A stretch of 63,286 bases of DNA, filler included, from Choristocarpus tenellus KU-1152 (lineage: Eukaryota > Protista > Phaeophyceae): NCBI GenBank assembly GCA_964200185.2. It is 14 parts of 14 records of this genome, joined end to end, with 100 filler letters (N's around TTAATTAATTAA, not from the genome) between each part and the next. Parts side by side here need not be neighbours in the genome. Positions count along the whole stretch, not along the records: positions 1 to 4,128 come from CAXNAD020016075.1; positions 4,229 to 6,976 come from CAXNAD020025078.1; positions 7,077 to 18,077 come from CAXNAD020002572.1; 11 more parts are not named here. One strand, given 5' to 3'. Shown in pieces: positions 1 to 12,239 of the stretch. Position 1 is the first letter of the stretch, and every line of letters starts with the position of its first letter. The notes beneath the pieces were generated by a model, which ran no database searches, had not been told where the DNA came from, and was given only the letters and a program-made list of their open reading frames with translations. The translations under genes and the position numbers were made by a program.

Positions 1-3000
1 GCCCCCTGCTCAACTACCCCTTCCCCCTTCAGGTGCTGGACAGGGCTGAGAGGAGGAGTAGCAATGACCCCTCCCCCCCCTCTGCCCTCGACACCACGTG
101 AACTCTCCATTGGAGATGAATAAATAGAAGTCAATGGTGACAAGTCATTGGAGTCTTCTTCCGACGAGGAATTTGAATGATCCGTGGTTATAGCCTTCTC
201 TTCTGAATCCTCGACATCAATTATCCCTGGAGTCGTAGCCTTTTCCAAAGTCACAACCTCCCCTTCAACATCCAACTCCAATGGCGACAGTGAAGAGGGC
301 TTGCATACCACTTCTGGTGCATCAGAAACGGGTTCTGACAACGAACTATCATCCAATCCGAGCAGAACATCCTCCAAGGATGGGAACTCCTCAGTCTCTA
401 GCTTTTGCACCTGTTGTTCAAGGTGTTTATTCCATGCCTGCAGTTCTTGTACCTTTACAAAAAAAAAGAAAACAACCACGGACGGACGGATGGACGGGGG
501 TATTTTTTTGGATCATGTTCATTCCAGAGCAAATATGAACAAAAAGTTTTGCTTCCTCATGTTACACTTCTGTCTTCCCAACACAAGACTTACAGGAAAA
601 ATATGGGAGGCACACACAACCTTATACTTCGAAGTAAACGGACACAATTTTGTTCCATTGGTCATGATGATGATTTTTCAAAGGTAAGATGGTACCAGGT
701 TCAGTGTTGGGGTTTGAGATTGCAGACTGTTTCCTACCGAGTGAGATTTGATTGTGTGTGATAAGATAGGCATGGCAATGACACAGCAGATAATCAATGG
801 AAGTGAGCTCAGACTTGACGGCACACGCCGACTCAAGTTTCTTCCCACTTCTTCCGGAACAATGGATGTCCCACGTGGGGTCAGGAGCCAGGAAAGATTA
901 ACAGTTGGGGTTGGCCCAATTCAGAAAAACTACAACCGAAAATGTGGGTCCACTTGTCACAAAAACACTATTTCCCTAACCCTACCTAGCTTCACTCTGA
1001 GATTAAGAGTGCGCAGCATGTGTTTTTACAGGAGAGGAACAGGGACAGTACTACTAATGGCGAGCAGCAGTCAAGTGTTCACTGTTCAGTTATCTTACGA
1101 TCACAATTGCACAGTGCATATGTAAGTGGCATCCGGAAATCTTCCCCGGGGCTACCTTGTGGATCTCTTCAAAGTGACTACCCTAAGAAAAACATTCAGG
1201 GGGGGGGTTTAGTACAACCATGGACACTGTGCGATCGATACTCACTGTTTCTTTCTGCCAAGAACTTTACATACTTCTAGTGAGACTTTACCTTTGCAGA
1301 AGAAGAGCTACACCAGAATATGAGGTGGCATGAAACTCAAAGAGAACACGAATCTTACTGACTGTCAACTGTTGTTATGGTGCCATGGTCCGGCCTGTGG
1401 GTGGGTCAGGTGTAAAATCACTCTGCACTTGGCTAGTCCAGAGCCATCAGCTATTTCTACAAAACCAGTCCATCAGCTTGCCCAGTTTCTAATATTTCCA
1501 ACAGGTACGGCCCAAAATAAAGAAAGAGGCTTCACTTCATCAAATCTGGATCTCAACACCAACTCCAATGGTTGAATCCTTTTCTTTATAGTCAGACTCA
1601 CAAGTTTCTCGAGGGAAGTGATCTGAATATCCTTTTCCCGAAGGCACTGTTCAAGGTTTTCCACACGGCGACGCTGCCTCTCCCGATGCTGCTGTGCACT
1701 CATCCGATTTCGGATCTTCCTCCGTTCCTGGGGGTCATTGAGGATTTGGGAGGAGGGGAGGTGATGTAAGGGTGATTGTGATTGAGTTTGAAGGCACTAA
1801 GAGGTACACACTACCTACACATCAGAGGATATAGAATTTTGTACGCACATTGGTAGGGACGTGGAAGAACCACAAGTTAGAAAAAGGAAAAATAAAGATT
1901 TGGTCAACGTTGGGGCAAGGAGGAGGAACGTGTAGGTAGTACAAACGACCTAGCAGTACCTCTAAAAGTTTGCACTTGTAGTTAGCAGCATTGGAATCAA
2001 CACAGTGTAATACTTTCTGTACAAAATTAGGATTAAGTTACGGTCACACTTTGGGGATATGTGATGGTCACACAATTGCCTCAAGATGAGAAATAAGAGG
2101 AATTGAGTAATGGACAATAAGTTTGGCGGAAGAAGGGGTGCACTACACTTGTTCATGGCGTTGTCTATTGCTCATTGTACTCAGATATGGTGCTAGTCAT
2201 TCTCTTGAGACAGTTCAAACTCAACCAATTTTCTGCTTTTCAATGGCAAGGGGAACTTAATAGGTGATATTTTGGAAGAAAAGGAGAAGACAACAATGGA
2301 GGTTTGGGAGTGGGAACATGGTGGGCGTGTCTGCCACGAAGGGCAGGAACTCTTCTGGAAGCGTAATGTATTCAACCTACTTCCACGCTTGATTCCTGAA
2401 GGCTAACAACAAGCAAATCAGGGTATGCCTCTGCATTCAGCATGATATATGTCACGTCCAGTTCAAGTCATTCGCCAAAAAGGGACGAAGGAGATACATC
2501 CATTTACCTCTCTACAACCACGGGTGCACGGACAACTCCACAAAACCGCACAGTTAATAGAGTCGGTAAAAAGGGTCTTCCTCACCTTCCTCTCGTGGCC
2601 CGTAATCCCTGCCTCCTGATGCTCTGGGGTCATCACCCCCAGCTTCAGCCTCCCCATAGCTGGCCACAAAATCTTCCCAAGTCCCCCCTTTCCATCTGCC
2701 TCCATGCCTTCTGATCCATGAAGCGCTCCCGAGTCCCCCTTTTCTTCTACCCCAACAGAATTGTTCCTGGTTACCCCCACTTCGACCTGGATGTCCTCTC
2801 CTACCTTGCTCATGCGCTTCCGTTTTCGGGTGTCTCTGGATTTCTGCGACATAGACTCCGTAAATGTGCCACCAGTCATAGAGGTGGAACCAGCGGACGA
2901 AGCAGCGGCAGCCGCAGCAGCAAGGGCAGCAGGTGTAAACATCCCTGGAAAAATAGGAAACATCGCTGCCCCTGATAGTCCTCCTGCACCCTTACCCATT

Positions 3001-3191
3001 GTTGGGAGGATGTTTGGCACCACCCTAGAGGAGTGGTTAAGAGCTGCAGCAGAGGACTTCGCAACCGGACCAGCGGGGAAAGATATCGAAGACACCGACT
3101 CCGACTTCACCATGCTCGAACTACCCACGCCATTCTGCAAAGAACCAACTGGGTCCGAAGGGTTTCTCAAGTTTGGTGCAGGTGGATCCAT
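1..3191 (-). CDS. bZIP transcription factor, 3'-truncated by contig end (exons 3191-2586, 1727-1602, 452-1)
   Basis: Exon 1727-1602 (cag|...|gtgagt) reads ERRKIRNRMSAQQHRERQRRRVENLEQCLREKDIQITSLEKL, a bZIP basic region (N-x7-R) plus start of the zipper. It continues in phase in exon 452-1 (VQELQAWNKHLEQQVQKLE). The upstream Ala/Ser-rich ORF 2463..3203 has an in-phase gtgagg donor at 2585. Confidence 0.8.
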
Positions 3192-4128
3192 TTGAGAGAG
3201 CAAGACAGAGTACCACGGTAAATTGTGTTCTGCGGAGTAATGTCAAGACGATTGACCTGAAATGGCTGGCATCCAGAGACAACTGAAATCAATCCATATG
3301 TTCGATGCGACAAGTGGCGGCACAGTTGTTCGATAGTTGTTGTCCACAAGAACCTTAAGCATCCTATACCATAACCCAAAATTACCTTTAACCTTGTTGT
3401 GTGAAAGTATGGTATGTTTGTCTGTTATTATACCGTTATTGCCGTATGATATATACCGTTATACCGATTGAAGTTGTGCTCTGAGAACTTCGGTTCGCCT
3501 GTGTGGAGGATATTCGGAGTGATGGATTTCAGTGTCTTCCCGCAACCTCTCTTTATGAGCACGTTTTTCTGAAGACGGAGGGTTTCTTTTCAGAAACCCA
3601 TCCGAATCGTGATCCTCCCCACTTCCTCAGTTCCCCACTTTTTCCTTCAAGTCCTTTCAGTCTTGCACTTGCGTAACCATAACATCGTCTTCTTGGTTAC
3701 GGTTGGTCTTTGTTCGTCTGGTCGTCTGGTCAGTCTTGCCCGGTGATTCTCTTCGCCACCCTTCCCTGAGTGAACCACGCCGTCACATAATCACACGATT
3801 CACCGTTGAAATCAATTATATGTTCTTTGTAATCTTCAACAATCATATTATTATTATGCCCTCTGACATTTTGCAGATGTGTCAGGGGGAGAACCAAAGA
3901 AAACTATACATATGTTATTATTAGCCCTAAAGAAATAAAATATCATAAATGTGAAAACACTATGAAAAACTGTAAGTGTGAAACCACCACTAATCTATCA
4001 GTTACTTCACCATTATCAATATTGTACTACTGTCTTCCTGTGCTTCCTATCTACCTACTCCTGCGCCCCAGGGGGGGGAGCTAGGGAGGCATCCCAAGAA
4101 TCCAACAAACCCCTCCGTGCCCATCTCC

Positions 4129-4228
4129 NNNNNNNNNNNNNNNNNNNNNNNNNNNNNNNNNNNNNNNNNNNNTTAATTAATTAANNNNNNNNNNNNNNNN
4201 NNNNNNNNNNNNNNNNNNNNNNNNNNNN
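4129..4228. other. Artificial contig linker (N44-TTAATTAATTAA-N44); also at 6977-7076, 18078-18177, 23848-23947, 27918-28017, 31506-31605, 36222-36321, 41783-41882, 45252-45351, 48556-48655, 52910-53009, 57215-57314, 60307-60406
   Basis: Identical six-frame-stop spacer repeated 13 times. A separate 10-N scaffold gap lies at 59685-59694. Confidence 0.99.
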
Positions 4229-4480
4229 GGCTGGAAATCAATTGCAAAAGGGGTTCGCATTGGTTGGTCATCACAGGGGGGGGGGGTGGCTGGAAATCGA
4301 TTGCAAAAGGGGTTCGCATTGGTTGGTCATCACAGGGGAGGGAGGTGACTGGAATTCAGTGGCGAAGGGGTTAGCACTGGTTGGTCACAAGTGGTGGTAT
4401 AATGAGGAGGAGGGGAATGGGTGGAATGCAAAAATAGAGTAAAATAATAATAATCCAGAATTCGTGAGCAAAGCAAACTA
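4229..4480 (-). repeat. 58-59 bp minisatellite (about 3 units) plus flank; same dispersed repeat as 17310-17690
   Basis: GGCTGGAAATC(A/G)ATTGCAAAAGGGGTTCGCATTGGTTGGTCATCACAGGGG units match the reverse complement of the 17414-17690 array. Flank ATAATAATAATCCAGAATTCGTG also matches the reverse complement of about 17325-17355. Confidence 0.8.
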
Positions 4481-7076
4481 CTGTTTGGATGTGTGTGTGA
4501 TTTAGGATAAGAAAGGGTTCATATTCGTTCACTTCGATTTTTAGAAAAAAAATGGTAGGAAGAAATATGAATAAGTATCATACTAAAAAATTCAAAAGAT
4601 TCTTGATCATTATTTGAGGTTGGAATACACATATCCAAGGATCATATAGAAAAAAGTTCGATTTTTTGTATATATATATTGTTGGTTTGATATTGGAAGT
4701 AAAAAATGACGGGATTTCAACCCCTCTCGTCTCCATTCGCCACAAGATATATATGCCATTTCATGCAATACAAGGAACGGTCTCCAATCACATGTCATCT
4801 GAGTAGAAGAGGTGTGTGAAGTGTGATGAAAAACAAGTATGTCACTCAGCTGGGGCCTACAGCCAGTGCAGTGTCTGGGATGATATGAGCAAGGGGAATA
4901 TGACCTAACAAGAGAAAACAACACACCATACCACTCTACCCTAAGCCCGTCCATGTAGATAGAGGAACTCCAGCCAAAAGTGGTGAAATCACTATCCAGG
5001 GTGCTGCATTTGTCTCCATCATAATGATTTCCTCCTACCTATGCCTTCCACAAATGGGGACCAAAATCATCCCCACAAGAGCGCAGCACCACCACAGCAC
5101 CATTAACTACATCCCCAGATGAGATTGTTGAGCTTGGCGGTAAATGTGTTCCCAGCAGAGAACAAGTGTGCAGATGCAGCTGCAGGTGAAGTAATCAGTG
5201 TAGGCAAATATTTCCGTGCCATAGCTTACTCAACCCTCCAAAAACCTACCTCCTTTGCCTTCCACCATTTGGGGAGACCACCAAGCTTCCCCACCAGCAT
5301 CCACTTTTCATACACATTGTACACGGTGCAACTAAAACCAATACAGGAACAGATTCGATAACCTATTCTGGCGGTAGCTCGGGTTTCTCGGAGTTACTTC
5401 TACATCAAACATACCTTTGCTGATTCTAAGAAAAATGGGCTAGATGGGCATCACATACTCTGGAGTATGTCATTAAAATAGGAATTTGGTGGTGGAGGGC
5501 ACCAAGAACATACTCAGTCCTACTCAGGTCCTCATTTCAACTTTGATACAACAAACACAGAAGTCTTGAATTTTGCTGGACATTATCAACAATCAGATTG
5601 GCTATGCCCCCTATTGATCTCCATGGCATGGGGTGGTTGTCAGGGTTTTTCTGGGACAAGGGATGTGTGTAGTATTGGGGTTTATTTGTTGTTATCATAC
5701 AACTGTGAAGGAAACCACAAAGAGTGTGTTGGGTGTACCTTCTATTTCTTGCAACAAACCTTACACTCTAATACCAACCCACTGGTCAACTTGCATTTAC
5801 TAGGCAGCAATCTCCAATTTCTTGGTGAAAAGGTGGCCCCATCTCATATTGATTACATCAGTATTTGGAGCTCTTGGAGACTTGATAAGAATCAAAGATG
5901 ATAGCAAAGCTGGATGAAACAAGTGATGAAAAGCATCGGCTGATTTTATTCCAACTATGTCATAACCTTGTACAGGCGGCCACAGTAGGAAGAGGTAAAG
6001 GAGACTACTGACCACTGTACGGTAGTTGTGTTGCAATCACCGAGGTCCTCCCTACATAGCTTCTAATTAAATATGGCATTCAACTCTACCAACCAGAAAA
6101 AAAATCACTATGCAGATAAAATATGACACGAACGTCTCCCGCCAAAACCTTCAGTATCAATTGACTCTTATCAAACAGAGCTCTACAGTGTTAAAGATGA
6201 CAATCAATCAATCCTCTCCAATGTTACCAGGTTCATCATCAGGATCTTCCTCAATCCATCCCCCGAGCTCCCCACTACAATAGTTTGTGTACAAGGACAT
6301 TGGGGTTGCAAACTTGCTTTGAAAGCCAAGCTTGAATGGTGTTCGTCTGAGGCCCATTTGCTCTAACAGGAACATGTGGTTGTGTGGGCCTGGGTACATA
6401 GATCAAGTGAAGGTAAAGGGGGAGGTAGGGGGGTGGGTTAAGGTTTTGTAACAGGAGAGACATCATACAGTGGCATTGTCGATTTCTTACAGCATTATGA
6501 AGGAAATTGGAGGTTGGGGGTTGTAGGCAGGCATGCATAAACACCCACAGTAGGTTGTGTTTGTAAAGGCAATGCCTACTCTGCAATGGGTATCCGCATT
6601 TCACAGCCGAAGTAGGAGTGTCTATGCAAAAACTGTGTAACATAAACTGGAAATAAAAAGGACAGACAAAACCCAATGCTTACACCCACAGGGCAAAAAA
6701 AAAAAACTCTAGCTCCATTCACCCACCACAAAGAAGTCAAGAAAGCACCCCCATTCAATTGAAAATGTAACTTTAAACTACACTTGCACATCTCAAGCCC
6801 ACTACAAATCTTCCAACTATGAGCATTGTATACTACGTAGTATCACATTTCATTAGTCGATAACTTCACAGCTTACTTGTTATGAACATCATCGGGGTCA
6901 CCTCTGAAGCAGCTCCCCCCCCCCCCCTTTCCCCACTTTCTCCCCCCGTTTCCCCCTTACCTTCACCCCCCCTTCTNNNNNNNNNNNNNNNNNNNNNNNN
7001 NNNNNNNNNNNNNNNNNNNNTTAATTAATTAANNNNNNNNNNNNNNNNNNNNNNNNNNNNNNNNNNNNNNNNNNNN

Positions 7077-7145
7077 AAAAAAGTGAAAATCGAAAAAGGG
7101 TGAAAAACGGACGCCAACACCCCCCCCCCCTAGATACTTTGAATC
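7077..7145 (-). mobile_element. MITE family C terminus (contig-edge fragment); other C-type termini at 27896-27917, 53010-53077, 57195-57214, 63224-63286
   Basis: AGTGAAAATCGAAAAAGGGTGAAAAACGGACGCC...CTAGATACTTTG matches the reverse complement of 63224-63286 (GGGTCAAAGTATCTTGGGG...GGCGTCCGTTTTTCACCC). It shares the CAAAGTATCT terminal-inverted-repeat (TIR) core with families A and B. Confidence 0.75.
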
Positions 7146-8472
7146 CAGGAAAGGAGAGATTCGCGTTGTCTTTGTTGGAACTGCCAACCAGAGGGCAGAT
7201 GCCTTGAGCAAGGATTTGCCAATCCGAATTTTTAGACAACATGTGAATTTTTTAATGAACATGTAGGGTGATGACATGTGTGGCATTTTTTTTTGGTGGT
7301 GTGATTGTTTGAGAGTTAGTACCTATTTCAGTAAAGGGAAGGGTGTCGAATGACCTAGTGTTATCCTTACGTTGAATATGCTGATACAAGTATATGGTCT
7401 TGTTTATATTTGGTTTGGCACAATACCAGTCGTAACGTGCAAACGGGATGATAAGCAACGGTATGATAAGCCAGTGTTGGACAGCTGGCGGGCAATTAAT
7501 TATTCAGTGTATGTTTTACCATGTAACTAAACTACCAGCTTTGGGCAACGAGCCTTTACATGCACTAAGCTTCTCAACAAATCCGATCATACTTTTGAAT
7601 ATCTTCATAAAATAAGATCCCTTACATTCCTCACATACACCACCCACACTAAAACCATGAATTTCCAATCGCCTGTAAGACTAGGGCCACGAACCTCAGA
7701 CCAGGGAAAATTAGAGGAAAATATCACAAACATGCCGTTGAATTCTGAAGTTCTGGGCTATCCTATCCTGTAGTGAAGAAAGAAAAACATAGCAGCCTCT
7801 ATAAGGTAACCCACTACTCTTAACATATACACCAAAGATCAGGGAAACGTAGCTGTTTGTTCCAGAATAGTGGCATACTAATTAGAAATCGCTTGGCTAA
7901 GGGACCTCACACACACTGTTTACTATTTTTCAAGAGGTGTGTTTCGTTGAACTATCCCACACTGGACCCGCGGCTTTTATGGTGCTTTAATGAAGGACAA
8001 AGAACAGCTTGATGTAGATGAACAATGTTAGTATTACAAGGGGCTAGTGGTCTTTGTGGTCTCGATTCCGCTGACTGAGCTCGTGGGTGAGACTCTAGCC
8101 TTAACTACCATCATTACTCTATAGTGTGGGGTTTGTAATCGTCCACATTAATTTCCTATGAATTACTTATTTACTTATTTTAAGTATAGGAAGTGTATCT
8201 TGAACATGATATAACCAATCAACACTATGAGTCAGTACATATAGTATATCTGTCACTGGCTCTCTACCCTATCACATAATCCACCAGTGGTGTCTATAGT
8301 GTATTAGCAGCACTATCTACGAACATGTTTGCATGAGCAAACCGGAGACATTAATACAAAAAAAAACTGTTCGTAATCGGCGATATTCTCTGTTTACATA
8401 GCAGATGGTGCTTTCCAGTGCTTCCCTTGTAATCAGTTCAGAGAATCTCCAGTACATCCCAGCGGAAGCCCA

Positions 8473-11006
8473 CTACAAACTTCTCATATTCCCTTCAGCA
8501 TCCTTCAACTTACAGGTCTCTGGCAATGGAGGTTCATGAGTATCACACATAATAACTGGGGCACGTCCTTCTTCACGTCCAAAGACATTGGTTGCTCGAG
8601 CTAGCTCAACATTTGTGAAACATGGACGACACAGCGCACCACTGCCCCTCCAATTGCAGTTCATACCTTCAGAAAAATCGTCTCTGCACCTCATATCACA
8701 CACCTGACAAGGAATATGTACATTATCTTTTTGTTGAAAGACTTGGTTATTGGTATGGTAGAAATACTATGAGCACTTCATCGATTGGGGGTAATGTGAT
8801 GTATATTCCGTAAAAAAACATTATGAGCAATTCTATTTGTCTGGTAAAAAGTACCACTTGAAGCGAACACTGCAGGCAGACCTTCGATGTGCACTCGTCC
8901 TTTTGAGATATGGAAACACCAAAAAATGCGCAAATGAGTGCTCCCCATAATCTCCAGGGCTCTGACCAACATGTTGAATGATCAAAGGTGACTTGTCTAT
9001 CAAATACGAAGTGAGAGGAGTATATCAAGGTAGCTGATACAGTAGAACATGGGAGTGGCAATTACTCCTTTCATCACTCCATAAATCGAAACACTCGTAA
9101 ACCACATTTACAACTCACCGTTTTTGTTTCTTGGGTGCAGTCACTGTGGCAGCCCCTTGCTGGTGGAGGAGCAAGAGTGTCACACATGATGACATGACGA
9201 CCTTCCTCACAATCTTCCTGAAGTCCTTCCCTTGTATCTCTAATCCTATGCTCTCTCAGAGCCTCGTCTGCTGTTTGGGCCTCGTCTAAGTCGGTGTAAC
9301 AGAGGCGACATCCATCACCGTACCTCGTAGCATCCCCAGCTCCACACAGATACCCTCCGAAACGAGGATCCTCCCCTCCTCTCGGGAAGCAAGATGAATC
9401 ACAAACAGTACTCAAGCCAGGAGGAAGGGGCTGGTGTCTACTGCCGCATAATGACGTGCACTGCTCCCCATTGTTGGAGATGGTATTTTCCCCTCCAGCG
9501 TGGCGTAGATATGTTCTTCCACCGCTATTGTTGCTCTCCTGTCCATTGATGCTGCCACGAACGAATGACATCTCTGTCGCCCCCCTATTCTGCTCTCGTT
9601 TGTCATTCTCGTCGAGGGAGCTAGCCCTGTTAATCTGCACAACGGCAACAGGTGAAGAGAAGTTGATGGAATACGACACATCATAGGAGGGTGCAAATCT
9701 GTTGAATTTATGTATCGATGTTGTCTTGTTTCGGTCCGAGGTGCAGAAATAGAGCACCACCTACCGTGTATAACAATAGGAAATGTTTTGAGTTTTCCGA
9801 TACCGTACTACTTCTCCTTGACATGAAAGCAAGTACTGCTGAGTAAGTAATATTTTCCACTCACCAAGGTGGGACCCACAAATCTGTGGGAGTACTGCTG
9901 CCACAAAAACCAGCTGAATGGATAGTTTACTTTTGTTTTTACAGGTATAGAGGAACCAGAACGGAGGGCGTACTCCTGTTGGTTGCTGTTGTCTTCTAGG
10001 AAACCTACGAATGCCCCGTCGATGCTCCTGTAGATATCATTGAGGTACCAGGATCCAGGCATTTCTGTTGTGGGATGCAAGCTAACGCCAGAATGTATGC
10101 TACCCTTAACCCCGAAGGCCTCTTGACTTTCGGAAGCTGCGTGGTAGAGTCGCTCGAGCGAGTCTTGACCAACAATCTCGTCCAACTGGAGAAGTGCCAA
10201 GTAATGGTATGACGACAAATGATGCCTCACCTCCTGGTTAAGGAATATATCATAGAAATGACCCCCCAGGTTCTTCGGGTACGAGTGTTCCTGTCGAGCA
10301 AAGGTGCGCAAGGAACGGTCAATGATGGGAAAGGGCGATAAATCCATACTTTATACCAGTGTGAGCAAAACACACACTCAACAGTCAAAATGTGAAGGGC
10401 AGGACAACGCGGGTTCTGGGTGAGAAAATAGGCCTTGGGCGATAGAACAACAACGGCCATGCCCTATGAAAGGAGTGCTGTTCGTACCTCTTCGGTCAGA
10501 TGCCCGAACAGAAATTTCGTAGTTGCAAAGCAAGAGGAATCCAACCTGTCGATATCTTCTCCAAAATAGGTTGGGATCCAATTCTCTTCAGCACCCGCAT
10601 AGTACAGGATCAGATCAATAGTGTTTCTTCGAGTGTCGGGATAACAGGTTGAAGGCCATTTTCGAATAGTTCTGAGGGCATGGTCGATATTTCCAGCATC
10701 GATTGGGACCACCACCGCTAGTTGATGCGCTGGAAACGTGGGTATCCCTCCAGTAGTCATATTGTTCCTGATATGCATACTAGATAGAACATATACAACA
10801 CATATGGATACTCCAGAGAGAAGATACAGTATAAAAACAACGGTAACGGAGGTGGGACAGGACTGTAGTTCCATACTATTGAGCAAAGGTTGAATAGACT
10901 TCGTGTGTGACCTCATTGACACTCTGGTTCGATTTTGATCTATGTCCATTGAAAAATGACCTAAACTCTCTATGATGATTATTATTGTTATAAACAAAAT
11001 TATCAT
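8473..11006 (-). CDS. Putative type II membrane glycosyltransferase-like protein with two C-terminal Cys-rich modules (paralogue 1); exons ~10949/11006-10488, 10290-9865, 9634-9119, possible micro-exon, 8703-8473
   Basis: In-phase GT-AG junctions. Hydrophobic segment VTVVFILYLLSGVSICVVYVL is followed by LAVVVPID (GT-A-like first strand). Two copies of VCD-x2-C...CRxC(Y/F)T...VIMCDT-x2-PP. Strong similarity to 23956-25520. Confidence 0.65.
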
Positions 11007-11019
11007 TTATTTGGCTTCA

Positions 11020-11897
11020 CTCTAAAATCTTTCTGGATTCACACCTTCAGACCTTTCTTTCTATTTTTGGTAAGGGTTTTTTTTACTGGTGACATCAGAA
11101 CTCCTCAAGAATAGTTGAAGCACCCAACATATCGAGAAACCTGTTCTAGTTTCTTCACAATAATATAAGTTTTCAAAAAATTCTCAACGAAAGAGAACAC
11201 ACTTAAGGAGAAAGTAACTCTAACACTACTATCAAGTCATAATAAATTATAGTGCGGTTGTCGCATGTCAATCAGATTTCTCCGTCACACCTCGATTTCA
11301 ACAAAATAATAAACACTCATAATATAAACACTAATGAACCACACCGCACTGCCTCCTCTTCTTCCCTCGATCGCTTAAACGTCAAACCCACAAGATAGTA
11401 GAAAACCTCAGACCCCAATTACTGTCTCCATTGCCATCGAAAAATTTCAAATTATCTATTATTTGACATTTTAGTGTAAAATCGTTCTGGATTCACACCG
11501 TCAAACCTTTCTTCTATTCGGTAAGGGTATTACTGATGACATCAGAACTCCTCAAGAATAGTTGAAGCACCCAACATATCGAGAAAACTGTTCTAGTTTC
11601 TTCACAATAATATTAGTTTTCAACGAAAGAGAACTTAAATTGTACAGTATGTTGAAAAGAAGAAAGTGATTCTAACACTACAATGAAGTCGTGTAGAAAT
11701 TGTAGTGGGGTTGTCGCATTTCAATCAGATTTCTCTATCACACTTTGACTTCAACAACATAATAAATAATCTTAGTATAACACAAATAATGGAGTCACAC
11801 TCCCTCCTCTTCTCTCCTCATTGGCTTTAAACGTGGACCCCACAATATAACAGAAAATGTGAGACCTCAACTACTGACTCCATTGCCATCGAAAAAA
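11020..11897 (+). repeat. Tandem direct duplication of about 425 bp (11020-11445 and 11474-11897) immediately upstream of the GT-like gene
   Basis: Both copies contain TTCTGGATTCACACC, TGACATCAGAACTCCTCAAGAATAGTTGAAGCACCCAACATATCGAGAAA and end CTCCATTGCCATCGAAAAA. Confidence 0.9.
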
Positions 11898-12239
11898 TGC
11901 CTTATAGATACGGTATACATACTAATGAGAACAGCCATTACTCTAATGATTTAGTTGCATGAACCTGCTAAACACGACCCAACCAATGACGATCTTGAAG
12001 AGAATACCGTTACTCAAGACTGTGGTACACAACGAATTCGTGGAGATATTCATCACCACTGAATTTCATGGTGGTTCTGACAAGAGCTGGGATAAAGAGT
12101 CCATACATGATCAGCATCAGTGAATCAAGACGAGGACTTCCCGCAATATTCTCCACCCAGAATGTGCCATTATGTATATATATATTTATATATACGAAAC
12201 TAGCATCTCAGATGTACCATAGGAGGTGTATCCCTCAGA

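Noticed and set aside
184-3195. Plus-strand ORFs 184..687 and 2761..3195
   Set aside because: Antisense shadows of the bZIP exons.
4173-4184. Recurrent TTAATTAATTAA motif and ORFs ending in X...LIN
   Set aside because: Artificial linker used to concatenate contigs.
6208-6676. Possible terminal exons on the minus strand
   Set aside because: Two competing frames and no recognisable motif; cannot be supported.
8040-8110. tRNA gene or SINE head (TAGTGG...TCGATTCC); similar box-B-like string near 28300 on the minus strand
   Set aside because: No cloverleaf, spacing too short and no second copy in the window.
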